A stretch of 64,000 nt of DNA from assembly GCA_963669295.1 (NCBI GenBank), contig OY769938.1:338792-402791 (forward strand), written 5' to 3'. The notes beneath the pieces are model-generated. The model saw only the letters and a list, made by a program, of their open reading frames with translations. It did no database searches and was not told the origin of the DNA. Shown here one piece after another: positions 9,516 through 20,700 of the stretch. This DNA is from Flavobacteriales bacterium (GTDB lineage Bacteria; Bacteroidota; Bacteroidia; Flavobacteriales_D; CALLUQ01). Each line of letters opens with the position of its first letter. The stretch's first letter is position 1. The position numbers were made by a program, and so were the translations under genes.

Positions 9516-9933
9516 CCACCGACATAAACGATCGCTGAGAGCGGTACTATATACTTACCAACAAGTAGAAAAATAGAAAGCCGCCCGTTCCGCTATCGTC
9601 CTTTTAATAAGTTAATACGAATACAGGCAGCTTTCAGCCCCAAAAAGGTTAAAAAGTTGAATACGTTATTGTGTCTTAAAATTTTATGCTGTTGAGACGC
9701 ATTTTTCAATTCACCTAAACAAGGTACGGCAAATACGTACACCACACAAGCGCTATTGATGCAGTGGTACGTTTTATCACATAAGTGGTAGCACTGAGTT
9801 AACAACCGGTAAAGACCGGCAATCCAATCCGTAAAAAAACCACCCGCCCTTCAACGGTGCTTCTTAACCAGGGCAATACCGTTAAAAACACCCCTTTTAA
9901 AGTGAGTAAATTAAAATTGTAATGATGTAAAAA

Positions 9934-12045
9934 CTACTGGCTGTCTAGTTGGAATCCTTCTCCCACTACCCTAAAGGCAGTTCTACGGTTACGCTGATGT
10001 AGTTCTTCGCGTTTGGCTTTGGTAGATTGCTGCTTGATGTATTCAGGGGTTAAGATAATGCGCTCACCACCGGCTCCCAATATGGGATCGCCATTGGCAT
10101 CGGTAAGGTGAGTAGGTGTAGTTTCTCCAAAACCTTTTGATGTCAAACGATCGGGCGATAGTCCTTTCCCTATGAGGTAATCGACACAAGATTTTGCTCT
10201 GCGTTCTGATAAACGCATGTTGTAATCATCGTTACCACGCTCATCGGTGTGCGAATTGATTTGTACCACCAGGTTATTATTCAATACCAGGAAGTCGTAC
10301 AACTCATCCAATATTTCTTCTGATTTAGGGCGTAACTTGTGCGAATCGAAGTCGTATTCAATCCCTGCAATTTCAATTTCTTCGTTCGGAATTTTATTGA
10401 GGAAGAAATCCTGCATTAAGGTGGTGGTTTGTGTAATGTTACGGGTATCAGCATTGGCTGCATCAGCAAAATAAGAAGGTTTTTGTGCCTTCATAAATAC
10501 TTCCGCGTCTTGCTTTAATTCAGTACGGTAAAAGCCTGTTTCATCCGTTTCCACCACAAATGGTTCAAATTGAAAACGAATGTCTTTGAATGTAATGGTA
10601 GCATTGGGGATCTCTATTTCTGTGTCTGCATCAAATACAAACCCTTCTATAAAAATACGAATAGGAGCATTCTTTACCTCATAAATATCGTAACATGCCC
10701 CACCCTCACAAGGTTCTCGATCGCTAGCAAAGTAACCGTATTGCATAAAATGATCCCATACCATATATGCATCGTCTTTGCTTGAGTTAATGGGAGCTCC
10801 CATGTTTTGTGGTGGCTGAAAGAGCCCCACTTCTTCGCTAAACAAGCTTTTAAAAATATCCAATCCCCCCATCCCAGGGTGGCCATTAGAACTATAAAAT
10901 AGCGTATTCCTACGCATGAAAGGGGTTACCTCATCCAATTCAGTATTAACGGGTTTACCCAAATTAACGGCCGCCCCTATGGTATTGCCATTTTCATCAA
11001 TCTCAATTTTCCAAAGATCAAGTCCACCAACACCACCCGGGCGATTGCTAGAAAAGTATAGGGTTTTACCATCTTTGGTAATGAAAGGGTTGATGCTTTT
11101 ATATCCAGGTAGGTTTACTGCAGTATCAAGTTTGTACGATTCGTAAAACTTCATGTTTACCATTCGTGCCAGGTGTATGCTTTGTTCCCTGCGGTCGTCG
11201 TCGCTCCAACGCGTGTAAAAAATAACGTTGCCATTGTTCCAACACCCTGAAGCATCGTGTTGTGCCGAATTCAATGGACGTCCGTAGTTTTGTGCAGGCC
11301 CCCAGGTAGTTTCGTCCATCTTTTCTGTCCAATACAAATCGCATAAAAACTCCGACTGTTGCTTGGTAGGATCTAAAATTACTCCTCCCTCACGAGCACT
11401 GGTAAATATCATTCGATCTTCTCCTCCCCAATACATGGGAGCAAAAGCAGTTGTTCCTTTATTGAATACTGCCGTATCGGCTAACTTCACCGTTACCTCT
11501 TGCTTCACGCTGCTGGGGTTCATGGCATAAGCACAACCCGAAATGGCAATCTGACTACGCACACTTAACCGCTCAGGAATGCTATCGCGTAAAATGTATT
11601 CGTTGTACACGTCCATGGCCTCCTCATAACGCTCTGCGTTCATCAGTGCATTGGCATAATAGTAGGTATCGTTGGGGTACGATCCGCTTTCAGCAGTAAA
11701 TTTAAAGTGTTCTACCGCCTTTGGATAATCGTAGGTAAGGTGGTAGCACATGGCAATTTGATGATGGATATAATCCAATCGTTTTACTGTGGTAGCGGTA
11801 TCAATTACAATGTCTTTGTTCTTCAATTTCTGATTGGTAATCGACACTTCATAAGGCATTACCGGCACTTCCCAAACAATGGAATCATTCAATGTAAGCT
11901 GATAATACTTTAATGCTGAAGCATAATCTTCCTTCATGAAATAATCATCGGCATTCTCCAGCCACAATTCTTTCGATTGTCCCAGTACCATCACCGAACA
12001 AAGGGTGAATAGCAACAGCAAATATGTTTTCAACGACCTTAGCAT
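9934..12045 (-). CDS. OmpA-family protein with N-terminal TPR-like and TolB/PD40-like beta-propeller regions
   Basis: Signal peptide, then TPR-like helices (YASALKYYQ, YEEAMDVYNEY). PD40-like repeats follow (FITKDGKTLYFSSNRPGGVGGLDLW, FYSSNGHPGMGGLDIF). The C-terminal OmpA_C peptidoglycan-binding domain reads NSHTDERGNDDYNMRLSERRAKS. This is the last gene of the five-gene operon, 1 nt after the PorP stop. Confidence 0.85.
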   Translation of the reverse strand: MLRSLKTYLLLLFTLCSVMVLGQSKELWLENADDYFMKEDYASALKYYQLTLNDSIVWEVPVMPYEVSITNQKLKNKDIVIDTATTVKRLDYIHHQIAMCYHLTYDYPKAVEHFKFTAESGSYPNDTYYYANALMNAERYEEAMDVYNEYILRDSIPERLSVRSQIAISGCAYAMNPSSVKQEVTVKLADTAVFNKGTTAFAPMYWGGEDRMIFTSAREGGVILDPTKQQSEFLCDLYWTEKMDETTWGPAQNYGRPLNSAQHDASGCWNNGNVIFYTRWSDDDRREQSIHLARMVNMKFYESYKLDTAVNLPGYKSINPFITKDGKTLYFSSNRPGGVGGLDLWKIEIDENGNTIGAAVNLGKPVNTELDEVTPFMRRNTLFYSSNGHPGMGGLDIFKSLFSEEVGLFQPPQNMGAPINSSKDDAYMVWDHFMQYGYFASDREPCEGGACYDIYEVKNAPIRIFIEGFVFDADTEIEIPNATITFKDIRFQFEPFVVETDETGFYRTELKQDAEVFMKAQKPSYFADAANADTRNITQTTTLMQDFFLNKIPNEEIEIAGIEYDFDSHKLRPKSEEILDELYDFLVLNNNLVVQINSHTDERGNDDYNMRLSERRAKSCVDYLIGKGLSPDRLTSKGFGETTPTHLTDANGDPILGAGGERIILTPEYIKQQSTKAKREELHQRNRRTAFRVVGEGFQLDSQ

Positions 12046-12046
12046 A

Positions 12047-13036
12047 CTATAGTCTTGGGCATATTTTTGTGCGCTTGGGCTTTGGTTTTTGCTTCATATA
12101 GGTAAACGATATCTCAAAACCGCCACGTCCTGTAGACGCTTCATTGAGCGAAGAGGTATTGAAATCGTACGCGATTTTAGCAATGTAATTGCTTTTTCGA
12201 GCACCCAACGAAAGAATCATAGCATCCTTGTTTCGATAGGTAAGCCCTCCCAACAAATACATTTCTGACGACTTTAAGAAGTAGCCTGCATCTGCTGCAA
12301 AGGTTTGCTCTTGAAACTCTTGTTGTTGCATGATAAGTACCTTGGGCAACACATAAAACAACTCCGTTACATTTATACGCACCCCTGTATGGCCATACAA
12401 GCGCATGGGCAATTTGTTCTCTGCATCAAAAAACGATTCGGTAGGCTCCAACAAGTTAAATGCCGAAATACCCACAAAGGGGTTCAACCTACTTTGTTGT
12501 CCTGCATGGTAATACATAATACCGGCATTTACATCGGGCAATGTAAATGATTGCCCCCCAAACGATTCGCCAGAACTCAATGTATTGTCAAACCCACCAC
12601 CGTTGGTAGTAACGTATTGGTTATCGAAAGTATGCAATTGGTACTCCAACGATTTTTGGGTAAAACCAAACTGTGCTCCAAGTGAAATGTTATGCACCTT
12701 ACGCTCATCAATGGGCACTGTATATGCCGCTGTGGCTAATCCTTGAAAGGCATTGTAGTTACCAATTCCAGCGCGGTAGTTCATAATTTGTGCTCCAAAT
12801 CCCCATTTTTTATAGGGCATATCAAAGCTAATCAGTCCGGTAGTATATGGCTTAAAGTTAACGGCCTTCCATTGGGTGCGGTAATGCATGTGCAATCGCC
12901 ACTCCCCTTCAAATACTCCAGCCATTGAAGGATTAAGAAACAATGGGGCAGCATCATACATCGAAAGGTGAAAATCTTGTGCGCTCACCTTTCCAAAAGA
13001 CACGCTAAAGATCAATATGTATAACAGTTTCCTCAT
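12047..13036 (-). CDS. PorP/SprF-family T9SS outer-membrane protein (cognate of the upstream type-B cargo)
   Basis: Signal peptide, then the AQDFHLSMYDAAPLFLNPSMAG motif typical of PorP/SprF. The beta-barrel-like sequence ends in ...FTYM... The start lies 3 nt after the stop of the type-B CTD gene. Confidence 0.85.
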   Translation of the reverse strand: MRKLLYILIFSVSFGKVSAQDFHLSMYDAAPLFLNPSMAGVFEGEWRLHMHYRTQWKAVNFKPYTTGLISFDMPYKKWGFGAQIMNYRAGIGNYNAFQGLATAAYTVPIDERKVHNISLGAQFGFTQKSLEYQLHTFDNQYVTTNGGGFDNTLSSGESFGGQSFTLPDVNAGIMYYHAGQQSRLNPFVGISAFNLLEPTESFFDAENKLPMRLYGHTGVRINVTELFYVLPKVLIMQQQEFQEQTFAADAGYFLKSSEMYLLGGLTYRNKDAMILSLGARKSNYIAKIAYDFNTSSLNEASTGRGGFEISFTYMKQKPKPKRTKICPRL

Positions 13037-13039
13037 GGC

Positions 13040-16000
13040 TTAACGGATTAGGGTAACATCGCCTGATTTGGTGACTACCCTTCCTCCTGCTATTTCCACT
13101 ACAAAGGTCCAGGTGTATACGCCCATGGGTGCTTCTGTACCTTTATAGGTACCATCCCAACCAATGGCCGCATCGTTAGAGGTGAAAATCAATTCGCCCC
13201 AGTTGTTGTAAATATTAAAGTTCACTTCGGTAAATGGTCCTCCACGAATAAGCAACACATCGTTTTCGCCATCACCATTAGGGGTAAAAGCAGTAGGCAA
13301 CACTGGCAGTAATGCAATAGAAATTTCCTGTATCACAGTGGCTGAGCAACCATTAATATCGGTTATGGTAAGGCTTACATCGTAAAAACCTCCATCTGCA
13401 TAAGCATGTACTTCATTTTGATTGTTGCCGCCATTGCCATCACCAAAATCCCAGAACCATGCTGAAATTTGGTTGCCGATAGATTCATCAGTAAAGAACA
13501 CATCTTCTAACGCCAATGCTGGATTAGGATTCATAGAAAACGCTGCTGTTGGCCCCGGCAATACATTGATGTTTTCTGTATAGGTAGCCGTACAGCCCAG
13601 GTCGGAAGTTACGGTAAGTGTAACCGGATAACTTCCCGAAGTGCCAAAGGTATGGATGGGGTTTTGATCGTTGCTGATGGTAATGCCACCATCAAAATCG
13701 TATTCCCAACCAACAATCGACCCCGGGGAAATAAATGAGATATCTGTAAACTGTATCGGTTGGTTTTCGCAGGCAATATCAAATTGAAATTCTGCTGTAG
13801 GTACCGGGTTCACCGTTACGGTTTGCATTAATGTATCGTAACAACCATTGCTGGAGCCTACAATAAATACCACGTTGTAAGTACCTGCTGCCGGGTATGG
13901 ATGTTGTGGATCGCTAGCAATGGATGAGGTTTGATCGCCAAAGTCATAGTTCCACGAATCGATAATGCCATCAGTAGTAGTTGACAAGTCTGTAAACATG
14001 GTGTTTTCACCCAAACAAGCATCGTTGAATGAGAAGTTGGCTACCGGAGGATCTTTAAATGTAACCACCAAAGTATCGGCATCGGGTATACAACCGAAGT
14101 TTCCTGATGACGTAAGGATGAGCTGTATGGTGCCTGCTGCCACATCATTGGCTGATGGGAAATAAAGCGTTGATAGTAAATTAGGACTTGGACTAAAAAC
14201 ACCTGTTCCTGTGGTAGCCCAGGTTCCTGACGGGCTGGTTCCTGCAATAATACCATTCAATTGAATGGGCTCGTTGGAGCAGAATGCCTGATCAATTCCT
14301 GCATTTACTACTGGTGGATCAACAAAAATAATGCGCAATGAATCTTGTTCGGCCGGACAAATGCCTGGCACCGTATTTAAGAACAGGTCTATAAAACCAT
14401 TGGCCGTATCAATAGGGCTAATGTTGTAAAAGGTGTTGAGCGAATTGGGATCAACAATATTACCTGCACCATTTACACTCCACACCGTATTGAATCCTGC
14501 TGTAACCGTACCTGTAAGGTTGATGGTGGTAAGGTTAGAGCAAATAGAATCGAGTGTGGTAATGTCTACAACAGGCTGGTCGATAAAAGTAACCAGGAAG
14601 CTATCTTGTACGGCTAAACAATTGCCATTTAATGTTGATGTAAGTATAAAAGTAATAGAACCCACAGCAGTATCAGCCGGGCTTACCAGGTAAGTGGCAT
14701 TCAATGCCGTATCGCTTGGGGTAAATGTGCCCGACCCGGTGGTGGTCCACACTCCAGTAGTGGTTACTCCAGTAATGCTTCCATTCAAAGGAATGTCGGT
14801 GGTACTGGAGCACAATACCAAATCAGGTCCTGCAATTACTGTAGGAGGTTCAGTAAAATAAATAACTACTGTATCCTCATCATCAGGGCAGGCAAAGAAA
14901 CTTCCTTGCGAGGTAAGGTACAACACCACACTATCGGCTGCAATGTCTGCTGGCGAAGGGGTATAAAAGGTATTTAAGCTCCCTGCATTGCCAAAAGCAC
15001 CGCCATTGCCTCCCGACCAAATAGAGCCGGCAGCAAAGTTCAATGTACCATTTAGCGGCACTGTTCCCACATTATTACTACAATAAGTTTGATCAAGACC
15101 AGCATCAACAGCAGGCGATTGAATGAAATCAACCACCAGGGTATCGTACACAGGATCGCAATTGCCCGTAGAACCCAATACAAAGGTGAGGCTTCCTTGC
15201 GAGTAATCGCTTGCACTGGGCACATAGGTAGTGCTTAAACTCGTAGGTGTGTTAAGAGTACCCGTACCATTAAGCACACTCCATATGCCTGTAGTTGACC
15301 CACCAGTTACACTACCAGTCAAATCTATTACAGGTTCTCCATCACAAAGCGTAGTATCGGGTCCGGCTACGGTGTATACCCTTCGCAAGAAGGATGATAC
15401 ATAATGGTATAAGCAGCCAGTGGTTAAGCCACCGTTAATAATGCCCAACGAAAAAAGATCGGTTGAATTAGTGATGAGATTGGCCGAGCCTACTGGCACA
15501 TCAGTGGTGTTGAAGCTAATTTGAGCGCCCATCCATGCTCCCCCTGTTCCAGGCACTACATTAAACATAGGCGCTGTAATAAGGGTATTGTTACCATTCA
15601 AAGTAAAATTGCCTTCCGAGCCTGCCGGACATAAAATGTTTAACAAGAAGCTTTGCGGGTTGGCTCTTGAAAAACTTACCTGATCGGAACCAGCACAGTT
15701 TAATGGTGGTAAGATGGCTTTTCCCAACTCACAACCATAACCCGACATGTGCAATAAGTACACCGGCTTATCGGAGTTGCAATAGGTTAATGGTTCGGTA
15801 ATGCTGTAAGGATAAGTATCGCCCTGATTAAGGGTAGTGGTGGTGGTCGTTAAGCCATTATCGATACTTACTGTGGTAAAGTTTTCAGTAGCTACCACAA
15901 AAATAGATTCGTTGGAACCAGGGTTCAAGAAACCTCGATTAATGATGTATTCATTGCCAATCACATCGGTGGGTACAATTTGGTCGCCCATGATATCAAA

Positions 16001-16780
16001 GCAGGTTCCGCCACCAGATGGATTAACCGAATCATCAGACACCGATACCGATACAGGCTTGTTGGCTACTACTATAGTACCTGCCATGTTATTGCCCAGT
16101 GTGCTTGTATTTTGTGTGATGTTTTGGCCGGTATACACATTACCCGCTTTGGGGAGAAGTACCGAATACGTCACATTAGCGGGATGTCCTCCCACCACAT
16201 CGCACCTTGGGGTAATGTATACCCATGTACTGTCTTCTGTTGCCACTACCGAGAATTGTTGATACGGTTGCGTTACTGTTCCGTCATTATTTAAATCGTT
16301 GGTAAGGGTGCGATTGTTCCATAAGGTTTGATAGGGCAAAACAAATTCAGTACCCATACCATTTTGCCCTTTCAACGAATACGTTTCTGGATTAAAATGT
16401 TGAGTGGCTCGAGTAATAATATCGTATACAATGGTAATCGGATTATCGGATGTAATTTTAAAGCCAGTACGCAATACTTGATCAGCCGGCTTACTCTCCA
16501 CAGAATCGATCATAAAATCGACATACTTGGTAAACAAGGTGTTGGGGCCTACAATAAAAGTAGTATCGTAAGCGGAAGCCGGTTGCTGTATTCTAATGGT
16601 GGTTGGGTTATTGAATGTAGAAAAGTGAAATGCTATCGGATCGCGCCACCAGTGGTCGGGAGTTACCCATGGTGCAGCAAACCAAAAGGTAGTATCAATT
16701 TGTGCATTAGCATCTTTAGGATACAACGACAAAAATCCAATGATAACGAAGATGTATTTGAGCAATTTCATAATGTTCAA
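13040..16780 (-). CDS. Large cell-surface adhesin-like protein with T9SS type-B (gliding-motility-associated) C-terminal domain
   Basis: 1246 aa. Residues 1-27 are a signal peptide. Residues 27-470 form a domain paralogous to the second adhesin, possibly IgGFc-binding-N-like. Five ~88-aa Cys-bracketed modules and three PKD domains follow (WNYDFGD, WEYDFDG, WFWDFGDG). The C-terminus FTPNGDGENDVLLIRG...TLIR matches the type-B CTD. Confidence 0.85.
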   Translation of the reverse strand: MNIMKLLKYIFVIIGFLSLYPKDANAQIDTTFWFAAPWVTPDHWWRDPIAFHFSTFNNPTTIRIQQPASAYDTTFIVGPNTLFTKYVDFMIDSVESKPADQVLRTGFKITSDNPITIVYDIITRATQHFNPETYSLKGQNGMGTEFVLPYQTLWNNRTLTNDLNNDGTVTQPYQQFSVVATEDSTWVYITPRCDVVGGHPANVTYSVLLPKAGNVYTGQNITQNTSTLGNNMAGTIVVANKPVSVSVSDDSVNPSGGGTCFDIMGDQIVPTDVIGNEYIINRGFLNPGSNESIFVVATENFTTVSIDNGLTTTTTTLNQGDTYPYSITEPLTYCNSDKPVYLLHMSGYGCELGKAILPPLNCAGSDQVSFSRANPQSFLLNILCPAGSEGNFTLNGNNTLITAPMFNVVPGTGGAWMGAQISFNTTDVPVGSANLITNSTDLFSLGIINGGLTTGCLYHYVSSFLRRVYTVAGPDTTLCDGEPVIDLTGSVTGGSTTGIWSVLNGTGTLNTPTSLSTTYVPSASDYSQGSLTFVLGSTGNCDPVYDTLVVDFIQSPAVDAGLDQTYCSNNVGTVPLNGTLNFAAGSIWSGGNGGAFGNAGSLNTFYTPSPADIAADSVVLYLTSQGSFFACPDDEDTVVIYFTEPPTVIAGPDLVLCSSTTDIPLNGSITGVTTTGVWTTTGSGTFTPSDTALNATYLVSPADTAVGSITFILTSTLNGNCLAVQDSFLVTFIDQPVVDITTLDSICSNLTTINLTGTVTAGFNTVWSVNGAGNIVDPNSLNTFYNISPIDTANGFIDLFLNTVPGICPAEQDSLRIIFVDPPVVNAGIDQAFCSNEPIQLNGIIAGTSPSGTWATTGTGVFSPSPNLLSTLYFPSANDVAAGTIQLILTSSGNFGCIPDADTLVVTFKDPPVANFSFNDACLGENTMFTDLSTTTDGIIDSWNYDFGDQTSSIASDPQHPYPAAGTYNVVFIVGSSNGCYDTLMQTVTVNPVPTAEFQFDIACENQPIQFTDISFISPGSIVGWEYDFDGGITISNDQNPIHTFGTSGSYPVTLTVTSDLGCTATYTENINVLPGPTAAFSMNPNPALALEDVFFTDESIGNQISAWFWDFGDGNGGNNQNEVHAYADGGFYDVSLTITDINGCSATVIQEISIALLPVLPTAFTPNGDGENDVLLIRGGPFTEVNFNIYNNWGELIFTSNDAAIGWDGTYKGTEAPMGVYTWTFVVEIAGGRVVTKSGDVTLIR
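14042..15370 (-). repeat. Five tandem ~88-90-aa Cys-bracketed Ig-like modules within the adhesin (residues ~471-913)
   Basis: Each module follows the pattern (D)AG-x-D-x3-C-x10-15-L-x-G-x10-G-x-W...Y-x-PS-x-x-D...L-x-LTS...C-x4-D...PP-V. Boundaries were counted by hand from the translation and are approximate. Confidence 0.7.
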
Positions 16781-16791
16781 TTCAGGTCGTT

Positions 16792-17766
16792 TTACTTACT
16801 CCCCTTTTTCTCCTCCATCTTTTTGTTCATTTCTTCCATAATACTGTTGTTCAACTTCTCGTCTTCTTCCTCTAGCGAAGGCTTTTTTCGTGTAATGATA
16901 AACGAAAGCGCCAACTCATGAGAGCCTGTTTGGTATTGCCTGATCGACGACAAGGAGTAGTCGAATCCATAAGCAATGGTAAGGCGTTCTTTAATTTGAT
17001 GACCCAACGAAATGCCTACCGCATCTTGCGATCGATACAGTAAACCAGCCCAGTACTTTCCATCGTAAGTACCTTTAATCATCGCTGTCCACTGCATGGG
17101 TACAGGGTTAGTAGCTTTCAGCATAATGCTGGGCTGCAATTCAATTTTTTGTTCTTTCAACAGGTGGTTGTATCCTGCTATTACTGTGTAGTGCTTGGCT
17201 AAACTCGAATTGTATGTGGTAAACTGAATGCCTTCACCCAACAGGTGTTGGATGGACCCCATGAAAAAGTATTTGTCGGAATACAAATGAAATCCTGAAT
17301 GCATGTCTACCGCATTGGCAGAAAGCACATTTCCTGTTAAAATGGCATCACCTTCATCCGCCAATTGTGCATCGTACAAACGTACCCTGTATTGAATGTA
17401 CCCAGGCTGCACGCCAAAACCAAGCTTGGTTTTTTCATCCAACTTAAAGTGATGCGCATAATTGAGGTAAAAACCTGTGTTTTGAGTAAGTCCGGTGCGG
17501 TCGGATATCACCATGGCACCATACCCCATTTTACCTTCGTTACGAATCGAGCCCGAAAAGTTACCCATAAAGGTTACCGGAGCATCTTCAAAGCCGGTCC
17601 ACTGATTGCGGTAACCAATGTTAGCCTTATGCACATCTTTACTTCCTGCAATGGCCGGATTGTAATAGTAATCGTTCATCAAGAAATTGGTGAACACATA
17701 CTGTTGTTGTCCAACCCCGGTAGAGGCAAAACACAAAAACAACGCTATGTACAACCACCGTTTCAT
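16792..17766 (-). CDS. PorP/SprF-family T9SS outer-membrane protein (second copy)
   Basis: The ATG at 17766 gives signal peptide MKRWLYIALFLCFASTGVGQ, whereas the track ORF starts at a GTG at 17778. The QQQYVFTNFLMNDYYYNPAIAG motif is present. The ATG lies 1 nt after the TGA of the upstream type-B cargo gene. Confidence 0.85.
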   Translation of the reverse strand: MKRWLYIALFLCFASTGVGQQQYVFTNFLMNDYYYNPAIAGSKDVHKANIGYRNQWTGFEDAPVTFMGNFSGSIRNEGKMGYGAMVISDRTGLTQNTGFYLNYAHHFKLDEKTKLGFGVQPGYIQYRVRLYDAQLADEGDAILTGNVLSANAVDMHSGFHLYSDKYFFMGSIQHLLGEGIQFTTYNSSLAKHYTVIAGYNHLLKEQKIELQPSIMLKATNPVPMQWTAMIKGTYDGKYWAGLLYRSQDAVGISLGHQIKERLTIAYGFDYSLSSIRQYQTGSHELALSFIITRKKPSLEEEDEKLNNSIMEEMNKKMEEKKGSK

Positions 17767-17767
17767 A

Positions 17768-20700
17768 TCAGTTGCCACTGGTTAATACCAGGATGCTCCC
17801 CTGGAAAGGTTCAGGTTCGCTTTCATCGTTCAAATTAATGACGTAGTAATAAGTGCCATCAGGCACTTTTTCTCCATTGTATGTTCCGTCCCACGGTTCA
17901 GCATATCCTTTTGAATAAAACAACTCTTGTCCCCACCGGTTAAAGATCAGAATCTCAGCATCAGGATACAGCAATCGAATGAATTCGAGCTTCCACACAT
18001 CGTTTTTACCATCGCCATTCGGAGAGATGGCATTGGGAATAAGTTGGGTAATTTCGTCGGTTACTGTGTTAATGGTAATGAGTTGACTGGTACTGTCTAC
18101 ACAACCCAGGTCGCCATACACATATTGAGTAATAATGTAGGTACCATTGGCAAAGTATACATGCAATGGATCTTGATCGGTAGATGTATTGCCATCGCCA
18201 AAATCCCATTGATACGACGATGAGAAATAAGAAGTGTCAGTAAAACTAAACTCTGCACCAATGTTGAGTCCGTTAGAAGTATTGTAGTAAAAGCCTGCCT
18301 GAGGTCGAGGTGGTATGTTGATGGTTTGAATTGTAGTATCAACACAACCATTTACCGTTGTTACAATTTGGCTAATGATGAAGTTACCATCACCAATAAA
18401 TAGTTGCGATGGATTGGGTGAGGCAGCACTCCCCTGCCCTCCAAAGTCATAAAACCATGAACTAATGGCGTCGTTTTGTGTGTACGAACTGTCGGTAAAA
18501 TCGACCACAATTTGGGTACCGTTACAACTGGCTGAATAGTTGAAATGCGCTACCGGTATTTCGTATACGTTTACGGTGTTTACTGTAGTATCACTACATC
18601 CTACGTTGGTGGTAGTAATTAATGTTACATCATAACTTCCTGGCTGACCATAGGTATGTGTGTTATTCTGATTGGTTGAACCATTGCTATCGCCATAATC
18701 CCACTCCCAATTGGTGATAGAACCAAAGCCTGGCAACGAGAAATCGGTAAAATCAGTCACATCTCCATGGCATACTTCTGTAAAACTAAAGTTCGCAAAC
18801 GGTGGTGCTACAAAGTTAATTTGTACCACATCATTCTCGGAGTTACAGGTAGCGTTATTGGTAGAGGTAAGTGTAAGCACCACATTACCATTAGCAATTT
18901 CTGCTGCCGTTGGTGTATAGGTAGCATTTAAATCGGCAGCACTCGGAAAAAAGGTTCCTGCTCCCCCCGACCATTGTCCAGTAGTGGTTGGGCCACTTAC
19001 CGCACCGCTTAAGTCTACTGTTCCTACATTAGAACAAGCAATAATATCGAGTCCGGCATCAACAATGGGCGATGGTGTAAACACCACTATTAAGCTATCG
19101 GTTGCAATGGCACAACTGCCATTGTTGGTTGATTCAAGATAAAGGGTAATAGAGCCATTGGCAATGTCGCCCGGGCTGGGTTGATAAGTGGTAATAAGCA
19201 CCAAATTATTGGGCGAAAACAATCCACCTCCCGAAGTGGTCCATTTGCCAGTAGTGGTTGGCCCGTTTACCGAGCCTACCAGGCTTACATCAGGATTGTT
19301 CGAACATACGTAAACCGTATCTACTCCTGCATCAACTGTAGGTGCAGTAGTAATGGTAATGTTCATGGTATCGGTTACCGCCAAACAGCTACCATTATTG
19401 GTAGAAGTTAATACCAAAGTTACTACCCCAGCAATGGTATCGGCTGGAGAGGGGATGTATATCGCATCCAATGTATCTTCACTGGGCGTAAAAGTTCCCG
19501 ACCCGAGGGTCGACCACTGACCAGTGGTGGTTCCTCCTCCTACTGTTCCCTCCAATTGTACGGCTGCATTGTTAGCACATACTGTTTGATCGGCAGAGGC
19601 ATTTACAATGGGAGCTGGATCTACCACTACAGTAATGGTATCACGCAATACCGGACATGGTCCCGTCGATGTAAGATAAATATCAATGGGACTTATTACA
19701 GTGTCTAACGGGCTTGGAATATAGTTGTTGGTCAATGCAGTGTTGCCATTTTGAAATGTGCCAAAACCAGTGGTACTCCATATACCAGTTACCGAACCAC
19801 CACCTACTAATCCATTTAAAGCCAGCGGAATGTTGGCGCAAATGGTATCGTCTAAACCAGCATCTACAAAAGGATAGGAGTTGAACTCCGACAGATAGGC
19901 ATAGCTACTGCCATTGCCATTCATCCCATTCAATACTGCCATACCAAATACATCACCTGTATTGGTTACTTCATTGTAGGAGTTGATGGGCACATCGGTA
20001 GTGTTGTAATAAATTAATGCCACTTGAAAAGCACCTCCTGTTCCGGGTACTACATTGAATGCCGCGGCCGGTACCAGGCTACCATTGCCATTAATGGCAA
20101 ACATACCTTCAAAGCCAGTTCGTGTATACAGCAACAATCCTAATGAATCGGATGTAGAACGCGTAAAAGAGGTAGAATACTTACCAGCACAATACAACGG
20201 TGGCACCTGCGCCCCAGCAAGGTTGCATCCATAACCTCCAGCATGCCATAAGTATACCGGTTTATCGGTATGAATGTAATTGATGGTATCGGTAAGTACA
20301 TACTCATACGTTTCGCTCCAATTGATGAGCGTAGTTGTAGTGGTACTGTTATCCACCGTAATATTGGTGCCATTTTGTGTGGCTAGAATATAAATACGTT
20401 CGTCTGCTGCATGGCCTTTATGAACAATAAAATCCGTACCTGCGTAGTCGGCTGTAGTAATTTGATCGCCCATGGATGAGGTACATCCACCACTTACCAG
20501 CGCTCCACTAAAAGTAGTTACAGCCACTGGTTTATCAGAAGCCACAATCGACCCTGCCAGTGAAGTAGAAGCGGTAGTATTAATGTCTCTAGCACTATAG
20601 GTTTCTCCTTCATTCAATGTAATGCTATACGTTACCGTGCCTACATGCCCCACTACATCAGTACGTGGCGTAATGAGTACAGTAGTTCCATCTTCAGTAG

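Noticed and set aside
9593-9805. 70-aa TTG-start ORF in the convergent spacer
   Set aside because: The sequence is Cys/His-rich and implausible, with a non-ATG start. The frame is closed by a stop only 15 codons upstream of that TTG, and no motif is recognisable. It was kept only as part of the long-spacer observation.
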